From contig OZ241332.1 in the NCBI GenBank assembly GCA_965200125.1, forward strand, positions 1,668,749-1,732,748: 64,000 bases of DNA, in the 5' to 3' direction. The stretch comes from an uncultured Candidatus Binatia bacterium. Lineage in GTDB: Bacteria > Desulfobacterota > Binatia > Bin18. The position numbers and the translations under genes were made by a program. The notes below the pieces were generated by a model that was not told the origin of the DNA, searched no databases, and saw only the letters and a list, made by a program, of their open reading frames with translations. Numbering within the stretch: position 1 is the stretch's first letter; each line of letters begins with the position of its first letter. Positions 52,733 through 63,553 of the stretch are shown one piece after another.

Positions 52733-53683
52733 TTAGCGCGGATAGACGGCCCGTTTCAGCACGGCGTGGATGCGCGGCAGGCGGTAGAACGGAATCGACG
52801 GATAGAGGTGGTGCTCCAGGTGATACCCCACCTGTTTGGGAGCGAAGAAGAAGCGCAACGCCGCGGACATGAAGTACGTCCGCGTCCGTTGGTAGGCGTT
52901 GTCCGGGTCGGGAACGTTGCCGTGTTCGATGGCGCCCCGGATGCGGAAGAAGACCTGCATCAGCGTGCAGTACGGCACCAGCCAGTACAGCACGAACAGC
53001 CCGCCGAAGGTCTAGCCTGCCACGCCGAATCCCACCGCCAGCACCACCGCCCAGCACGTCGCAAAGCGGCGCATGTCGGTCGTTTGCGCATAGCCCGCCG
53101 CTCCCTCCTCCCCGAGGAACCGCCGGTTGAATTGCCCGGTCACGAACGGAACGTCCGCGAAATACTTGAGCGTCGAGACCACGTTCAACCCGCACACGTC
53201 GCGCAACAGGAGCCGCCGGAGCTTCTTCGCAGCGAGCGGATAGCGCGCGTAAATGGCCCGGTCCGGGTCGTCCGCGGTATGCGTGTGCCGGTGGTGTTGC
53301 AAATGGATGAACGCCCACTTGGACAGCGAGATGAACACCGGGAAGGTGGCGACGTACCGGCCGAGGCCGTCGTTGACCCAGGGGTTGGCGGACAGGCGTT
53401 TATGGATGGCCTCGTGTCCGAGGACCATCAGCGCGTGCTGCCGGGAAGCGACGACCGCGACGGCGAGAACGTAGCCGGCTACGGAGACCAACGTCGCCCA
53501 GCCCGTGGACAAACCCTCCACGGCGTGGGGAATCGCCCACGCGCCGAGCCAAACGGCCAGTCCGACGACCAGCCAGATTTCGCACAGATGGTACACGCCG
53601 CGTGCGGTGGACACGCGCGACAGCAGTTTCACGGCCCGATGGACGTCCGCAGGGCCGGCGACCGCGGCCTCGTCCGTTCGCAT
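52733..53683 (-). pseudogene. membrane fatty-acid desaturase interrupted by an in-frame TAG at 53012-53014
   Basis: His boxes HEAIHKRL and HLQHHRHTH lie upstream of the stop, and the third box HLEHHLYP lies downstream of it in the same frame. The combined length is about 316 aa. Confidence 0.7.
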
Positions 53684-53788
53684 GGCGGAGGACGTATCGC
53701 AAACGACGTTGCAGCGGCAAGCCGGGCGGGCGCGTGGTTTGCGATTCCCGGCCGAACTGGATAAGACACCCACGAAAGGCGGACGCTC

Positions 53789-54595
53789 ATGCCACACACC
53801 CACGTCAACGGCATCAAGCTCCACTACACTCGCCAAGGCCGCGGCCAGCCGCTCTTGCTGATTATGGGACTCGGCGGGCCGGCCGCGGCGTGGGACCGCG
53901 AATTTCTGCGGCAAATGGCAACGGACTACGAACTCGTCACGTACGACAATCGCGGCACCGGCCAATCCGACAAGCCGGACGAACCCTATTCGATTGCGTC
54001 GTTCGCCAGCGACGCCGTCGGCCTGCTCGACGCCCTGGAGATTCCCCGCGCCCATGTCTTCGGCATCTCTATGGGCGGCATGATCGCCCAGGAAATCGGC
54101 ATCGAGCACCGCGGGCGCATCGCCAGCCTGACGCTCGGCTGCACCACCCCGGGTGGCCGCCACGCGGTGCCGGCCCCGCCCGAATCCATGGCGGCCCTCG
54201 AGGCGCGGCCCGGCCAGACGCCGGCCGAGGCCATCCGCGACGGCTGGAAATTGTCGTACAGCCGGGACTACATCGCCGCCCACCGGGACGAACTCGAAGA
54301 CACGCTGCGCCGCGTTCTGGAACACCCGACTCCGCGTTTCGCCTACAACCGCCACCTGGACGCGACCATGACGCTGCACGTCTATAAGCGACTCAAGGAG
54401 ATTCAGGCGCCCACGCTGGTCGTCACCGGGCGTGACGACGTCCTCATTCCCGCGGCCAACTCGGAGATTCTCGCGCGCGAGATTCCCAACGCCACGTTGC
54501 GCGTCTTCGACAACGCCGGGCACGGTTTCGTATCCTCCGCGCGCGAGTCGTTCGTTCGGGTGTTGCGGGACTTTCTCGCGCAACACGCCATGTAA
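53789..54595 (+). CDS. alpha/beta-fold hydrolase
   Basis: GISMGG nucleophile elbow and an HGF terminal motif. It is divergent from the desaturase gene. Confidence 0.8.
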   Translation: MPHTHVNGIKLHYTRQGRGQPLLLIMGLGGPAAAWDREFLRQMATDYELVTYDNRGTGQSDKPDEPYSIASFASDAVGLLDALEIPRAHVFGISMGGMIAQEIGIEHRGRIASLTLGCTTPGGRHAVPAPPESMAALEARPGQTPAEAIRDGWKLSYSRDYIAAHRDELEDTLRRVLEHPTPRFAYNRHLDATMTLHVYKRLKEIQAPTLVVTGRDDVLIPAANSEILAREIPNATLRVFDNAGHGFVSSARESFVRVLRDFLAQHAM

Positions 54596-54650
54596 CTCGC
54601 GATGGTTCCGGGGCCGCACGAGTGGAAGACCGCTTCGAGTACAGCACCGG

Positions 54651-55046
54651 ATGGAACACGACACCCGCACGATCAAGGGCTACCACGCCCACGTCTATTA
54701 CGACGCATCTACTCGCGCGCTGGCGGCTCGCATCCGCGGGGCCATCGCCGGCCGGTTCACGGTCACGCTGGGCCGCTGGCGCGACGAGCCGGTCGGCCCG
54801 CATCCGCAATCCATGTATCAGGTCGCCTTCCGCGCCCGACAGTTCCATGCCGTGGTCGCGTGGCTGATGTTGAACCACGCCGGCCTGTCCGTGCTGATCC
54901 ATCCGAATACGGACGATCACGTGGCCGACCATGACGGCCGCGCCCTGTGGCTGGGAAAACGGCTGAAGCTGAACCTGAAATTTCTGCGCGCTCATCAGAA
55001 GAAACGCGACAACGAACGGGAGGCGCACCGCCATGCAAGCCATTGA
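54651..55046 (+). CDS. DOPA 4,5-dioxygenase family protein (YgiD-like)
   Basis: 131 aa with a GYHAHVYYD...VGPHP...LSVLIHPNT...DH pattern. Confidence 0.65.
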   Translation: MEHDTRTIKGYHAHVYYDASTRALAARIRGAIAGRFTVTLGRWRDEPVGPHPQSMYQVAFRARQFHAVVAWLMLNHAGLSVLIHPNTDDHVADHDGRALWLGKRLKLNLKFLRAHQKKRDNEREAHRHASH

Positions 55047-56202
55047 CGCCGTGTTGCAACAATCCGTCGCGTCCGGCGACCTGCCGGGCGTCGTCGCCGC
55101 GGTCGCGACCGACGCGGGCGTGGTGTACGAGGGCGCGTTCGGCAAACGCACGCTCGACGCCGAACCGGCCATGACCGCGGACACGGTCTTTCGCATCGCG
55201 TCCATGACCAAGGCGGTCGCCTCCGTCGCGCTCATGCAGTTGTACGAGCGGGGGAAGTTCGCGTTGGACCAACCCGCGGGCGAAATCCTGCCCGAACTCG
55301 GCTCCGTCGAAGTGCTCGACGGTTTCGGCGGCGACGGGCAGCCGCGTTTGCGCCCCGCGCAACGGCCGGTCACTCCCCGGCATTTACTGACGCACACGGC
55401 CGGCTTCAGCTATGAAATGTGGAACGCCGACCTCAAGCGCTACCAGGAAACCACGGGACGGGAAGGCGTGCTCGGCGGCAAGAAAGCCGGGCTGCGGATG
55501 CCGCTGGTGTGCGATCCCGGAACGCGCTGGGAATACGGCGTGAACACCGATTGGGTCGGCCTGCTGGTCGAGGCGCTGAGCGGCCAGACCCTGGCGGCCT
55601 ATCTGGAGGCCAACGTGTTCGCGCCGCTCGGCATGACCGACACCGGCTTCCGCCGCACGCCCGAGCAGGAGACGCGCACCGCGGGCGTCCACCAGCGCGG
55701 CGTGGACGGCACGCTGGCGCCGTCCACGGTCGAACTGGTGCGCGGCGACGCCGAATACGACAGCGGCGGCCACGGCCTCAACTCCACGGCAGGGGACTAC
55801 CTGACTTTTCAGCGGATGCTGCTCGGCCGCGGCTGCCACAACGGCGCGCGGATACTCGAACCCGACACCGTCGCCCTGATGGCGGAGAACCACATCGGCG
55901 CCCTGGACGTCGGCCGCATGTCCAGCGTGGCGCCCCCGGTCTCGAACGACGTCCAGTTCGCCCCCGGCATCGTGCACAAGCACGGCCTGGGTTTTCTGAT
56001 CAACACCGCGGCGTACCCCGGCGGACGCGCCGCCGGCAGCCTGGCGTGGGCCGGACTGCTGAACACCTATTACTGGATAGACCCGACTAGGCGCGTGGCC
56101 GGCGTCATCCTGACGCAGATGTTGCCGTTCTTCGACGCCAAGGTCATTCCCACGTACGACCGATTCGAAAAAGCGACCTACCGAGCCCTGAATCCGAACT
56201 AG
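55033..56202 (+). CDS. beta-lactamase-family serine hydrolase (class C/esterase EstB-like)
   Basis: SMTK (SxxK) motif, Y-x-N and HTAG-like boxes. Confidence 0.85.
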   Translation: MQAIDAVLQQSVASGDLPGVVAAVATDAGVVYEGAFGKRTLDAEPAMTADTVFRIASMTKAVASVALMQLYERGKFALDQPAGEILPELGSVEVLDGFGGDGQPRLRPAQRPVTPRHLLTHTAGFSYEMWNADLKRYQETTGREGVLGGKKAGLRMPLVCDPGTRWEYGVNTDWVGLLVEALSGQTLAAYLEANVFAPLGMTDTGFRRTPEQETRTAGVHQRGVDGTLAPSTVELVRGDAEYDSGGHGLNSTAGDYLTFQRMLLGRGCHNGARILEPDTVALMAENHIGALDVGRMSSVAPPVSNDVQFAPGIVHKHGLGFLINTAAYPGGRAAGSLAWAGLLNTYYWIDPTRRVAGVILTQMLPFFDAKVIPTYDRFEKATYRALNPN

Positions 56203-56240
56203 GGCGCATGCCGCCCGGCACCCAGACTGGAGGACCTCCC

Positions 56241-57446
56241 ATGCAACCCCCGCTCCGTTTCGGCATCTTCATGGCCCCGTTCCATCCTTCGGGGCAGAAC
56301 CCGACCCTGGCCCTGGAACGCGACCTGGAACTCATCGAACACCTGGACCGGTTGGGGTACGACGAAGCCTGGATCGGCGAACACCATTCCGCCGGCCTGG
56401 AGATCATCGCCTCGCCAGAAGTGTTCATCGCGGCCGCGGCGCAGCGCACCCGGCACATCCGCCTGGGCACCGGCGTCAGTTCGCTGCCCTACCACCATCC
56501 GCTGATTCTGGCCGACCGCATCGTGCAGCTCGACCACATGACGCGCGGGCGGGTCATGTTCGGCGTCGGCCCGGGCGCCTTGCCGTCCGACGCGCACATG
56601 CTCGGCATCCCGTTCGACAGCCAGCGCACGCGCATGGAAGAGTCGCTCGGCGCCATCGTGCGACTGCTGACGTCGGACGAGCCCTTCAGCATGGAGACCG
56701 ACTGGTTCACGCTCGAGGACGCCCGGCTGCAACTCCGGCCGTACAGCTTTCCGCACTTCGAGATCGCGGTCGCGGCCACGGTGTCGCCCGCCGGACCGCG
56801 CACCGCGGGACGCTACGGCGTCGGCCTCCTGTCGCTGGGCGCCACGAGCATGGGCGGCTTCGCGGTGCTGGGCGACCACTGGAAGGTCTGGAACGACAAG
56901 GCACAGGAATACGGCCATACGGTCGATCGTTCCGCGTGGCGGCTGGTCGGCCCGATGCACGTCGCCCCGACGCGTGAACAGGCGTTGGAGGAGGTCCAGT
57001 ACGGCATCTACGACTGGATTGACTACTTCAAGAACGTCGTCGCCCTGCCCCTCGCCCCGACCGAGGACGACCCGCGCAAGTGGCCGCAGGCGTTGATCGA
57101 ATCCGGCACCGCGGTCATCGGCACGCCCGACGACGCGGTCGCCCAGATCGAACGGCTGACCAAACAGTCGGGCGGCTTCGGCTGCTACATGCTGATGGCC
57201 AACGACTGGGCCGACCGCCGGGCGCGGCTGGCGTCGTACGAACTACTCGCCAAAGAGGTGTTTCCGCATTTCCAGCATTCCGCGGACCGTGCGGTCACCT
57301 CCCGGGAATGGTGCCGCAAGGACTACGACAGCCTGATCGGCGGCGCCATGAACGCCGTCGCCAAGGAAATCGACCGCTACGAACGGGAGACCGGCTACCG
57401 CATGTCGGTCGCCGACGCCGCGCAGGGACGGGCCAACGCCAAATAG
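56241..57446 (+). CDS. LLM-class (luciferase-like) flavin/F420-dependent oxidoreductase
   Basis: GGAGGA ribosome-binding site. TIM-barrel LLM family (FGIFMAPFH...EAWIGEHH). Confidence 0.8.
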   Translation: MQPPLRFGIFMAPFHPSGQNPTLALERDLELIEHLDRLGYDEAWIGEHHSAGLEIIASPEVFIAAAAQRTRHIRLGTGVSSLPYHHPLILADRIVQLDHMTRGRVMFGVGPGALPSDAHMLGIPFDSQRTRMEESLGAIVRLLTSDEPFSMETDWFTLEDARLQLRPYSFPHFEIAVAATVSPAGPRTAGRYGVGLLSLGATSMGGFAVLGDHWKVWNDKAQEYGHTVDRSAWRLVGPMHVAPTREQALEEVQYGIYDWIDYFKNVVALPLAPTEDDPRKWPQALIESGTAVIGTPDDAVAQIERLTKQSGGFGCYMLMANDWADRRARLASYELLAKEVFPHFQHSADRAVTSREWCRKDYDSLIGGAMNAVAKEIDRYERETGYRMSVADAAQGRANAK

Positions 57447-57475
57447 CGACCGCACGCCGCTTCCCGGAGATTCCC

Positions 57476-58432
57476 ATGCAAGACCGTCACTTCGAGATGA
57501 TCGAAACCAACGGCGTCCGGCTGCGGACCGTCGTGGAAGGGCGCGGGCCGCTCGTCGTCCTGCTACACGGCTTTCCGCAGTGCTGGTATCTCTGGCGGCA
57601 CCAGATCGACCCGCTCGTGCAGGCCGGCTTCCAGGTCGCGGTGCCGGACCAGCGCGGCTACGGGGGCAGCGACCGGCCAGCGGAGATCGAGGCGTACAAC
57701 GTCGTGGATCTCAGCGCGGACGTGGTCGGCATCGCCGACGCGCTGGGCCACGAGCGATTCCTGGTCGTGGGGCACGACTGGGGCGCGCCGGTCGCCTGGC
57801 ACACCGCGATGCTGCACGCCGAGCGGGTCGAGGCCGTCGCCGGATTGAGCGTCCCGTACGTGCGCGGCCAAGCCGGCACGCTGACCCGGCAGGAATCATT
57901 CGGCGACAACTTCTGGTACATCGTTTATTTCCAGACGCCGGGCGTGGCCGAAGCCGAGTTCGAGGCCGACGTGCGGACCACGCTGCGCATCACCTATTAC
58001 GTGGCCTCGGGTGACGCGCCGGACAACGCGTGGCTGGTGCAGAAACCGGCCACGGCGAAATTCCTGGACGGCCTGCCCGACCCGGACACGCTGCCCGCGT
58101 GGCTGACCGAAGAAGACCTGGACTACTACGTCGCCCAGTTCGAGCGCAGCGGGTTCCGCGGGCCGCTCAACTGGTATCGGAACATCGACCGCAACCTCGC
58201 ACTCACCCCCCAATTGGAGACGGCCAAGATCGAGCGACCGGCGCTGTTCATCGCCGGCAAGAAGGATCCGGTGCTGTCGTTCGGCGGCGGCGGATGGGTC
58301 GATCTGATGGACCGTTTCGTGCCCGACCTGCGCGGCAAGGTGTACGTCGATGGCGCCGGCCACTGGGTCCAGATGGAACGCCCCGAGGCGGTCACCGACG
58401 CCCTGCTCGGTTTTCTGACCGAGTTCGCCTAG
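57476..58432 (+). CDS. epoxide hydrolase-like alpha/beta hydrolase
   Basis: HGFPQCWYLW oxyanion region, GHDWGA nucleophile, C-terminal HW. Confidence 0.85.
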   Translation: MQDRHFEMIETNGVRLRTVVEGRGPLVVLLHGFPQCWYLWRHQIDPLVQAGFQVAVPDQRGYGGSDRPAEIEAYNVVDLSADVVGIADALGHERFLVVGHDWGAPVAWHTAMLHAERVEAVAGLSVPYVRGQAGTLTRQESFGDNFWYIVYFQTPGVAEAEFEADVRTTLRITYYVASGDAPDNAWLVQKPATAKFLDGLPDPDTLPAWLTEEDLDYYVAQFERSGFRGPLNWYRNIDRNLALTPQLETAKIERPALFIAGKKDPVLSFGGGGWVDLMDRFVPDLRGKVYVDGAGHWVQMERPEAVTDALLGFLTEFA

Positions 58433-58675
58433 AGCAAGTGCACACGAACGCGGGCAATCGGAGAAAATAGCGAACAGAAGTTGGCCGATTGTGTGAATGC
58501 GCCCGAGAATGATTGCGGCGTGTCAATTCTCGACGAGGGCAGCCCCCCACCCGACATCGTCGGGCGTATGGCTTGGCCCGACCGTGGGTAATCAGGGAAC
58601 GGGAGAGCCAGGGCGGGAACGACGGTCTGTCCAGCGTCCAGTTCTGCCTCGGCACTCTACAGGAAGACTTCCACT

Positions 58676-60841
58676 ATGATCGAAGAGAGTCCGAATAACC
58701 GGGACCGCTCTGATTTCCCCCCTCCGCCCCACCAAGTAGCCGGGGCCGCCCGGGATGGTATCCGGCCGATTCATCTGCTGCTGTACCTGCCGTGGCTGGT
58801 CCTACTCGGCTGGATGACCCATGTGGCATGGTTCATGACCGACGACGCCTTCATCGGCTTCCGCTACGCCCATAATCTGGTGGAAGGCCACGGGCTGGTC
58901 TTCAATCCCGGCGAGTATGTCGAGGGCTACTCCAGCTTCCTATGGGTGCTGGAACTCGCCGCGCTGTGGGGAGTGTTCGGATGGCGGCTCGAACACACCG
59001 CCCCGTGGCTGTCGGTCGCCTGCACGGTGGGCACACTCGCGGCGATGCTGTGGTGGGTAGCGCGGCTGCCGGGGTTGCCGCAGCGGAGGCTGGTCGGCTG
59101 GATGGCGTTGGGCTTGGTGTGTAGCAGTGCGACCTTCGCAGAGTGGACATGGGCCGGAGGGCTTGAGACGCGGCAGTTCACGATGTTCATTGTGCTGGCA
59201 GTGGTGGGGCTGACACTCTACCCAGAGCACCGGCGGACGCTGTTGGGGGTGTCGCTGAGCTTGGCGGCCGCCGCGCTGACCCGGCCCGAAGGGCCGCTGT
59301 TCGCGGCCTGTTGTTTTGGCTGGTACGCGGGGCAGCGACGCGTCGACACGGGCACATGGAGGCGGGACTGGCGTGGCGTGGCGTGGCTGGTCGGCCCGTT
59401 CGTGGTGCTAGTGGCGGCACACTATCTGTTCCGCTACGCCTACTACGGTGAGTGGCTACCCAACACGTACTACGCCAAGTACGTGCGCCCGTGGTACGAG
59501 ATGGGCGGCCGCTACCTGGGGGTAGCGGCCGTGGATACCGGGCTGTACCTCTTGCTGCCGCTGGCGGGGTTGGCGCTGGTCAGGGAATGGCAGGCGCATC
59601 GCAAGCTGATCTACGCTCTGCCACTCCTCTGTATCGGTCTCCACATGGCCTACATTGCCCGGATTGGTGGCGACTTATTTGGATATCGAATGATAGACGT
59701 CTACTGGCCGCTGCTCGGTGTGCCAGCAGCGGCGGGCATCGCGTCTCTAGGCGGGTGGCTGGGGGCAAGGTTCGGTGCGAGCAATCGGGTGACTTGGCCG
59801 CGAGCGCCCAGGAGTTGTGCGTTGATTCTCTTCTTGCCCGTGGTGCTCTACTGTGGGGTTATACAGGCCATGTGGCCGCTCCTGAATCACAAAGGGGAGG
59901 AGAATCGCCCAACACAACCACAAGAGAAGGCCGTCGGCTGGCTGCTCGCGCTGCCTGGAATATCAACCCTAACCGCCCTGTCATCTGATCCGCGCCGAAC
60001 ACTTCGGGATGCCTGGATATTGGCCGGTCCTTCCATTCTCAATAAAACTTATGATGTTCATTACCATCGTTTTATGCGATGGCAGCCGTATCAGAACATG
60101 GAACGCGGGATTATCCCCGACGATGCGTTGGCACTCGAGGGTATACTAGGCATTCCTCCCTATTTCGTCTTGGACCTGAAATTCATAGACCGTTACGGCC
60201 TAAGCGATGCGACCATCGCTCGTCATCCGGTTACAGTCCCCAACAACCGGCGCCGTATAGCTCACGATAGATTTCCACCGCCCGGCTATCTGTCGGAACG
60301 GGGAGTGAACTTCTCTCTCTATCCTCCGGCAGCAAGCGAGGAGCGGGCACTGAAACGCGCACGCTATGCCGTGCAAGTTGGTCCGGACGTATGGATGCCC
60401 TTCGATGCCCCTGATCTGGAATGGGTGGCCGCCCGGTTCGAGCGGTTTGCCTATGGCAAAGATCCCAACCAACCCGTCGAGGAGATGTTGAAGACCGCCA
60501 GACTTCTGAGCCGCGGCCCTTTTGATATCTATCTCAACGGCAACCGCCTGATTTACGTGAAAGACCGTTGTGATTATGAGCCACGTTTCTTTTTGCATGT
60601 TGTGCCAAAAGAAAAGGGAGATCTCCCTGCGGAGCGCATACAATTGGGGTTCGACAATTTGGATTTCGATGTGACCTGGTGCTTACCGACGCTTCGCTGT
60701 TTAGCAGCACGGACGCTGCCCGATTACCCGATAGCAGCTATTTCCACGGGCCAGTACATGATGGAAAGCGGAGAGCAACTCTGGAAAAGGGAGTTCCGTT
60801 TCGGAGACAACGACAACGCAGGGAATCCGAGAGAAAGGTGA
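58676..60841 (+). CDS. GT-C-like polytopic membrane protein with C-terminal soluble domain, paralogue 1 (721 aa)
   Basis: About nine transmembrane helices. The first loop has a DD motif (MTDDAFIGFRYAHNL). It is about 85% identical to 61333..63498. Confidence 0.7.
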   Translation: MIEESPNNRDRSDFPPPPHQVAGAARDGIRPIHLLLYLPWLVLLGWMTHVAWFMTDDAFIGFRYAHNLVEGHGLVFNPGEYVEGYSSFLWVLELAALWGVFGWRLEHTAPWLSVACTVGTLAAMLWWVARLPGLPQRRLVGWMALGLVCSSATFAEWTWAGGLETRQFTMFIVLAVVGLTLYPEHRRTLLGVSLSLAAAALTRPEGPLFAACCFGWYAGQRRVDTGTWRRDWRGVAWLVGPFVVLVAAHYLFRYAYYGEWLPNTYYAKYVRPWYEMGGRYLGVAAVDTGLYLLLPLAGLALVREWQAHRKLIYALPLLCIGLHMAYIARIGGDLFGYRMIDVYWPLLGVPAAAGIASLGGWLGARFGASNRVTWPRAPRSCALILFLPVVLYCGVIQAMWPLLNHKGEENRPTQPQEKAVGWLLALPGISTLTALSSDPRRTLRDAWILAGPSILNKTYDVHYHRFMRWQPYQNMERGIIPDDALALEGILGIPPYFVLDLKFIDRYGLSDATIARHPVTVPNNRRRIAHDRFPPPGYLSERGVNFSLYPPAASEERALKRARYAVQVGPDVWMPFDAPDLEWVAARFERFAYGKDPNQPVEEMLKTARLLSRGPFDIYLNGNRLIYVKDRCDYEPRFFLHVVPKEKGDLPAERIQLGFDNLDFDVTWCLPTLRCLAARTLPDYPIAAISTGQYMMESGEQLWKREFRFGDNDNAGNPRER

Positions 60842-61145
60842 ACACCAGATGGCAGCCCGGCCCGACGCCTTCCTCACGCACATGGAGGGTGTCGCCCGCT
60901 TTCCGGTTACCATCTGCTCATTGATCCGCCCGGGAGTGCCGATGGCAACGGCGCCACCTTACTTAATCGGCTCGCCGTTCATCGTTCTGATCCAGCAGCG
61001 TGACGGGGTCCCCCCCTGCACGCCGCAGCGCGATGTGCCCTTGCCGGATATGCGCCAGCGTTGGCAGCGGGCTGCGCACGCGATCCATCAGCCCTTCCTG
61101 CTCACAGCCATCGGGGCCCAAGAACGAGCGCGGGGCCGCGCGGAT

Positions 61146-61290
61146 GGCGTGGGCCGGACTGCTGAACACCTATTACTGGATAGACCCGACCAGGCGTGTG
61201 GCCGGCGTCATCCTGACGCAGATGTTGCCGTTCTTTGATGCCAAGGTCATTCCCACGTACGACCGGTTCGAAAAAGCGACGTCCTGCCCG
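61146..61290 (+). repeat. duplicated 3' fragment (about 145 bp, about 95% identity) of the beta-lactamase-family gene (equivalent to 56040-56185)
   Basis: It encodes [45 protein letters not shown] without the upstream gene body. It is fused about 40 bp upstream of the second GT-C paralogue. Confidence 0.85.
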
Positions 61291-61332
61291 GCGTGCAGTT
61301 CTGCCTCGGCACTCTACAGGAAGACTTCCACT

Positions 61333-63498
61333 ATGATCGAACAGGGTCCGAATAACCGGGACCGCCCTGATTTCCCTCCTCCGCCCCACCGAGTAGCCGG
61401 GGCCGCCCGGGATGGGATCCGGCCGATTCATCTGCTGCTGTGCCTGCCGTGGCTGGTCCTACTCGGCTGGATGACCCCCGGGGCATGGTCCCTGTGCAAC
61501 GATGCCTTCATCAGCTTCCGCTACGCCCGCAATCTGCTGGAGGGCCACGGGCTGGTCTTCAATCCCGGCGAGTACGTCGAGGGCTACTCCAATTTTCTGT
61601 GGGTCCTGGAACTCGCCGCGCTGTGGTGGGTGTTCGGGTGGCGGCCCGAACATACCGCCATGTGGCTGTCGGTCGCCTGCACGGGGGGCACGCTGGCGGC
61701 GATGCTGTGGTGGGTAGCGCGATTGCCGGGATTGCCGCAGCGGAGGCTGGTAGCCTGGATGGCGTTGGGGTTGGTGTGCAGCAGTGCGACCTTCGCGGTG
61801 TGGACGACGGCCAGGGGATTGGAGACGCGGCAGTTCACGATGTTCATCGTGCTGGCGGTGGTGGGGCTGACGCTCTACCCGGAGCGCCGCCGGGCGCTGT
61901 TGGGGGTGTCGCTGAGCTTGGCAGCCGCCGCGCTGACCCGGCCCGAAGGGCCGCTGTTCGCGGCCTGTTGTTTCGGCTGGTACGCGGGGCAGCGACGCGG
62001 CGCGACGGGCACGTGGCGCCGGGACTGGCGCAGCGTCGCGTGGCTGGTCGTTCCGTTCGTGGCGCTGGTGGGGGCGCACTACCTGTTCCGCTACGCCTAC
62101 TACGGCGAGTGGCTGCCCAACACGTACTACGCCAAGTACGTGGGCCCGTGGTACGAGATGGGCGGCCACTACCTGGAGGTAGCGGCCGTGGATACCGGGC
62201 TGTACCTCCTGCTGCCGCTGGCGGGGTTGGCACTGATCAGAGAATGGCGGGTGCATCGCAAGCTGACCTACACTCTGCCACTCCTCTGTATCGGTCTCCA
62301 TATGGCCTACATTGCCCGGATCGGCGGCGACATCTTCGGGTATCGGCCGCTGGACGTCTATTGGCCGCTGCTGGCGGTGCCGGCAGCGGCGGGCATCGTG
62401 CATCTCGGGGGGGGGGGGGGGGCAACAAGGTATGGTGCGAGCAAGCAGGCGGCGTGGCCGTGGAAGCCCAGGAATTGTGCGTTGCTTATCTTCTTGCCCG
62501 TGGTGTTCTATTGTGGGGCCATACAGGTCGTGGTTCCGCTTCTGAATTACCGGGGAGAGAGGAATCAGCGAATCCGGCTGACACCTCCACAGGAAAAGGC
62601 CATCGGCTGGCTGCTCACGCTGCCTGGAATCCCGACCCTGGTTAGCCTGTCCGCTGATCCACGTCGAACGCTCAGAGAAGCCGGGATCGGGGCCGAGCCT
62701 CATTTTTTCGTGAAAGCTCAACGCCCGCACTTTACGCGATGGCAGCCGTATCAGCACATGGAACGCGGGATTATCCCCGACGATGCATTGGCAATCGTCG
62801 GCGATGCTGGCGTTGCTCCCTACTTCGTCCCGGACCTGAAATTCATAGACTCTTGGGGCTTGACCGACGCGACCATCGCCCGCAGTCCGGTGACGCGCGG
62901 GCGGCGCATACTCGCGCACGAGCGCCAGCCGCCAGCCGGCTATCTTGCGGAACGGGGAGTGAACTTCGTCGTTCACACTGCGGCCCCCAACGCGGAGAAA
63001 GCGATGCGCCGCGGGCTCTACGCCGTGCAAGTCGGCCCGGCGCTGTGGATGCCTTTCGACGCCCCCAGCCGGGAATGGGTAGCCGCCCGGTTCGCGCAGT
63101 TCGAAAGCACACTGGAGAACGTTCGGCTGCTGATGCGCGGGCCGTTCGACGTCTATTATCTGGGTCCCGAGGGCACCCGGCTCCTCTACGTCAAAGACCG
63201 CTGCGACCCATCGGAGCCGACGGTCTTTCTGCACATCGTGCCGGTGAAGTTGGCGGACCTAGCCGCGGACCGGCAGCGGTACGGGTTCGAAAATTTCGAT
63301 TTCACAATTCCTCACCCATATTCGTCGAGGGGACGGCCGAGGCTGGCACAGCCGTGTGTAGTGAGGCTGTGGCTCCCCGACTACCCCATTGCCGCGATCC
63401 ACACGGGCCAGTACATGTCGGAGAGCGGAGAGCGACTCTGGGAAAGAGAGTTCCGTTTCGGGGACAGCGGCCACGCAGAGAATCCAAAAGAAAGGTGA
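61333..63498 (+). CDS. GT-C-like polytopic membrane protein, paralogue 2 (721 aa)
   Basis: It has the same 5' leader as paralogue 1 (gttctgcctcggcactctacaggaagacttccactATG). It contains a G-run encoding GGGGG at about 62401-62416. Confidence 0.7.
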   Translation: MIEQGPNNRDRPDFPPPPHRVAGAARDGIRPIHLLLCLPWLVLLGWMTPGAWSLCNDAFISFRYARNLLEGHGLVFNPGEYVEGYSNFLWVLELAALWWVFGWRPEHTAMWLSVACTGGTLAAMLWWVARLPGLPQRRLVAWMALGLVCSSATFAVWTTARGLETRQFTMFIVLAVVGLTLYPERRRALLGVSLSLAAAALTRPEGPLFAACCFGWYAGQRRGATGTWRRDWRSVAWLVVPFVALVGAHYLFRYAYYGEWLPNTYYAKYVGPWYEMGGHYLEVAAVDTGLYLLLPLAGLALIREWRVHRKLTYTLPLLCIGLHMAYIARIGGDIFGYRPLDVYWPLLAVPAAAGIVHLGGGGGATRYGASKQAAWPWKPRNCALLIFLPVVFYCGAIQVVVPLLNYRGERNQRIRLTPPQEKAIGWLLTLPGIPTLVSLSADPRRTLREAGIGAEPHFFVKAQRPHFTRWQPYQHMERGIIPDDALAIVGDAGVAPYFVPDLKFIDSWGLTDATIARSPVTRGRRILAHERQPPAGYLAERGVNFVVHTAAPNAEKAMRRGLYAVQVGPALWMPFDAPSREWVAARFAQFESTLENVRLLMRGPFDVYYLGPEGTRLLYVKDRCDPSEPTVFLHIVPVKLADLAADRQRYGFENFDFTIPHPYSSRGRPRLAQPCVVRLWLPDYPIAAIHTGQYMSESGERLWEREFRFGDSGHAENPKER

Positions 63499-63553
63499 AC
63501 GCGAGGAAGCCCGTTGTGCGAGTATCTCCTCTGAGGGGAGTCGTCTGCTTTGA

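Noticed and set aside
52634-53764. 376-aa plus-strand ORF
   Set aside because: It is antisense to the desaturase His-box region. It is a shadow ORF.
53012-54676. 554-aa ORF extending the desaturase 330 codons upstream
   Set aside because: The extension overlaps the well-supported alpha/beta hydrolase gene on the opposite strand and has no features. The desaturase start was set at MRTDEAAV (53683).
60849-61238. 129-aa ORF between the two GT-C paralogues
   Set aside because: It runs into the duplicated beta-lactamase fragment in the wrong frame and has no ribosome-binding site or family similarity. It is most likely non-coding duplication-junction DNA.
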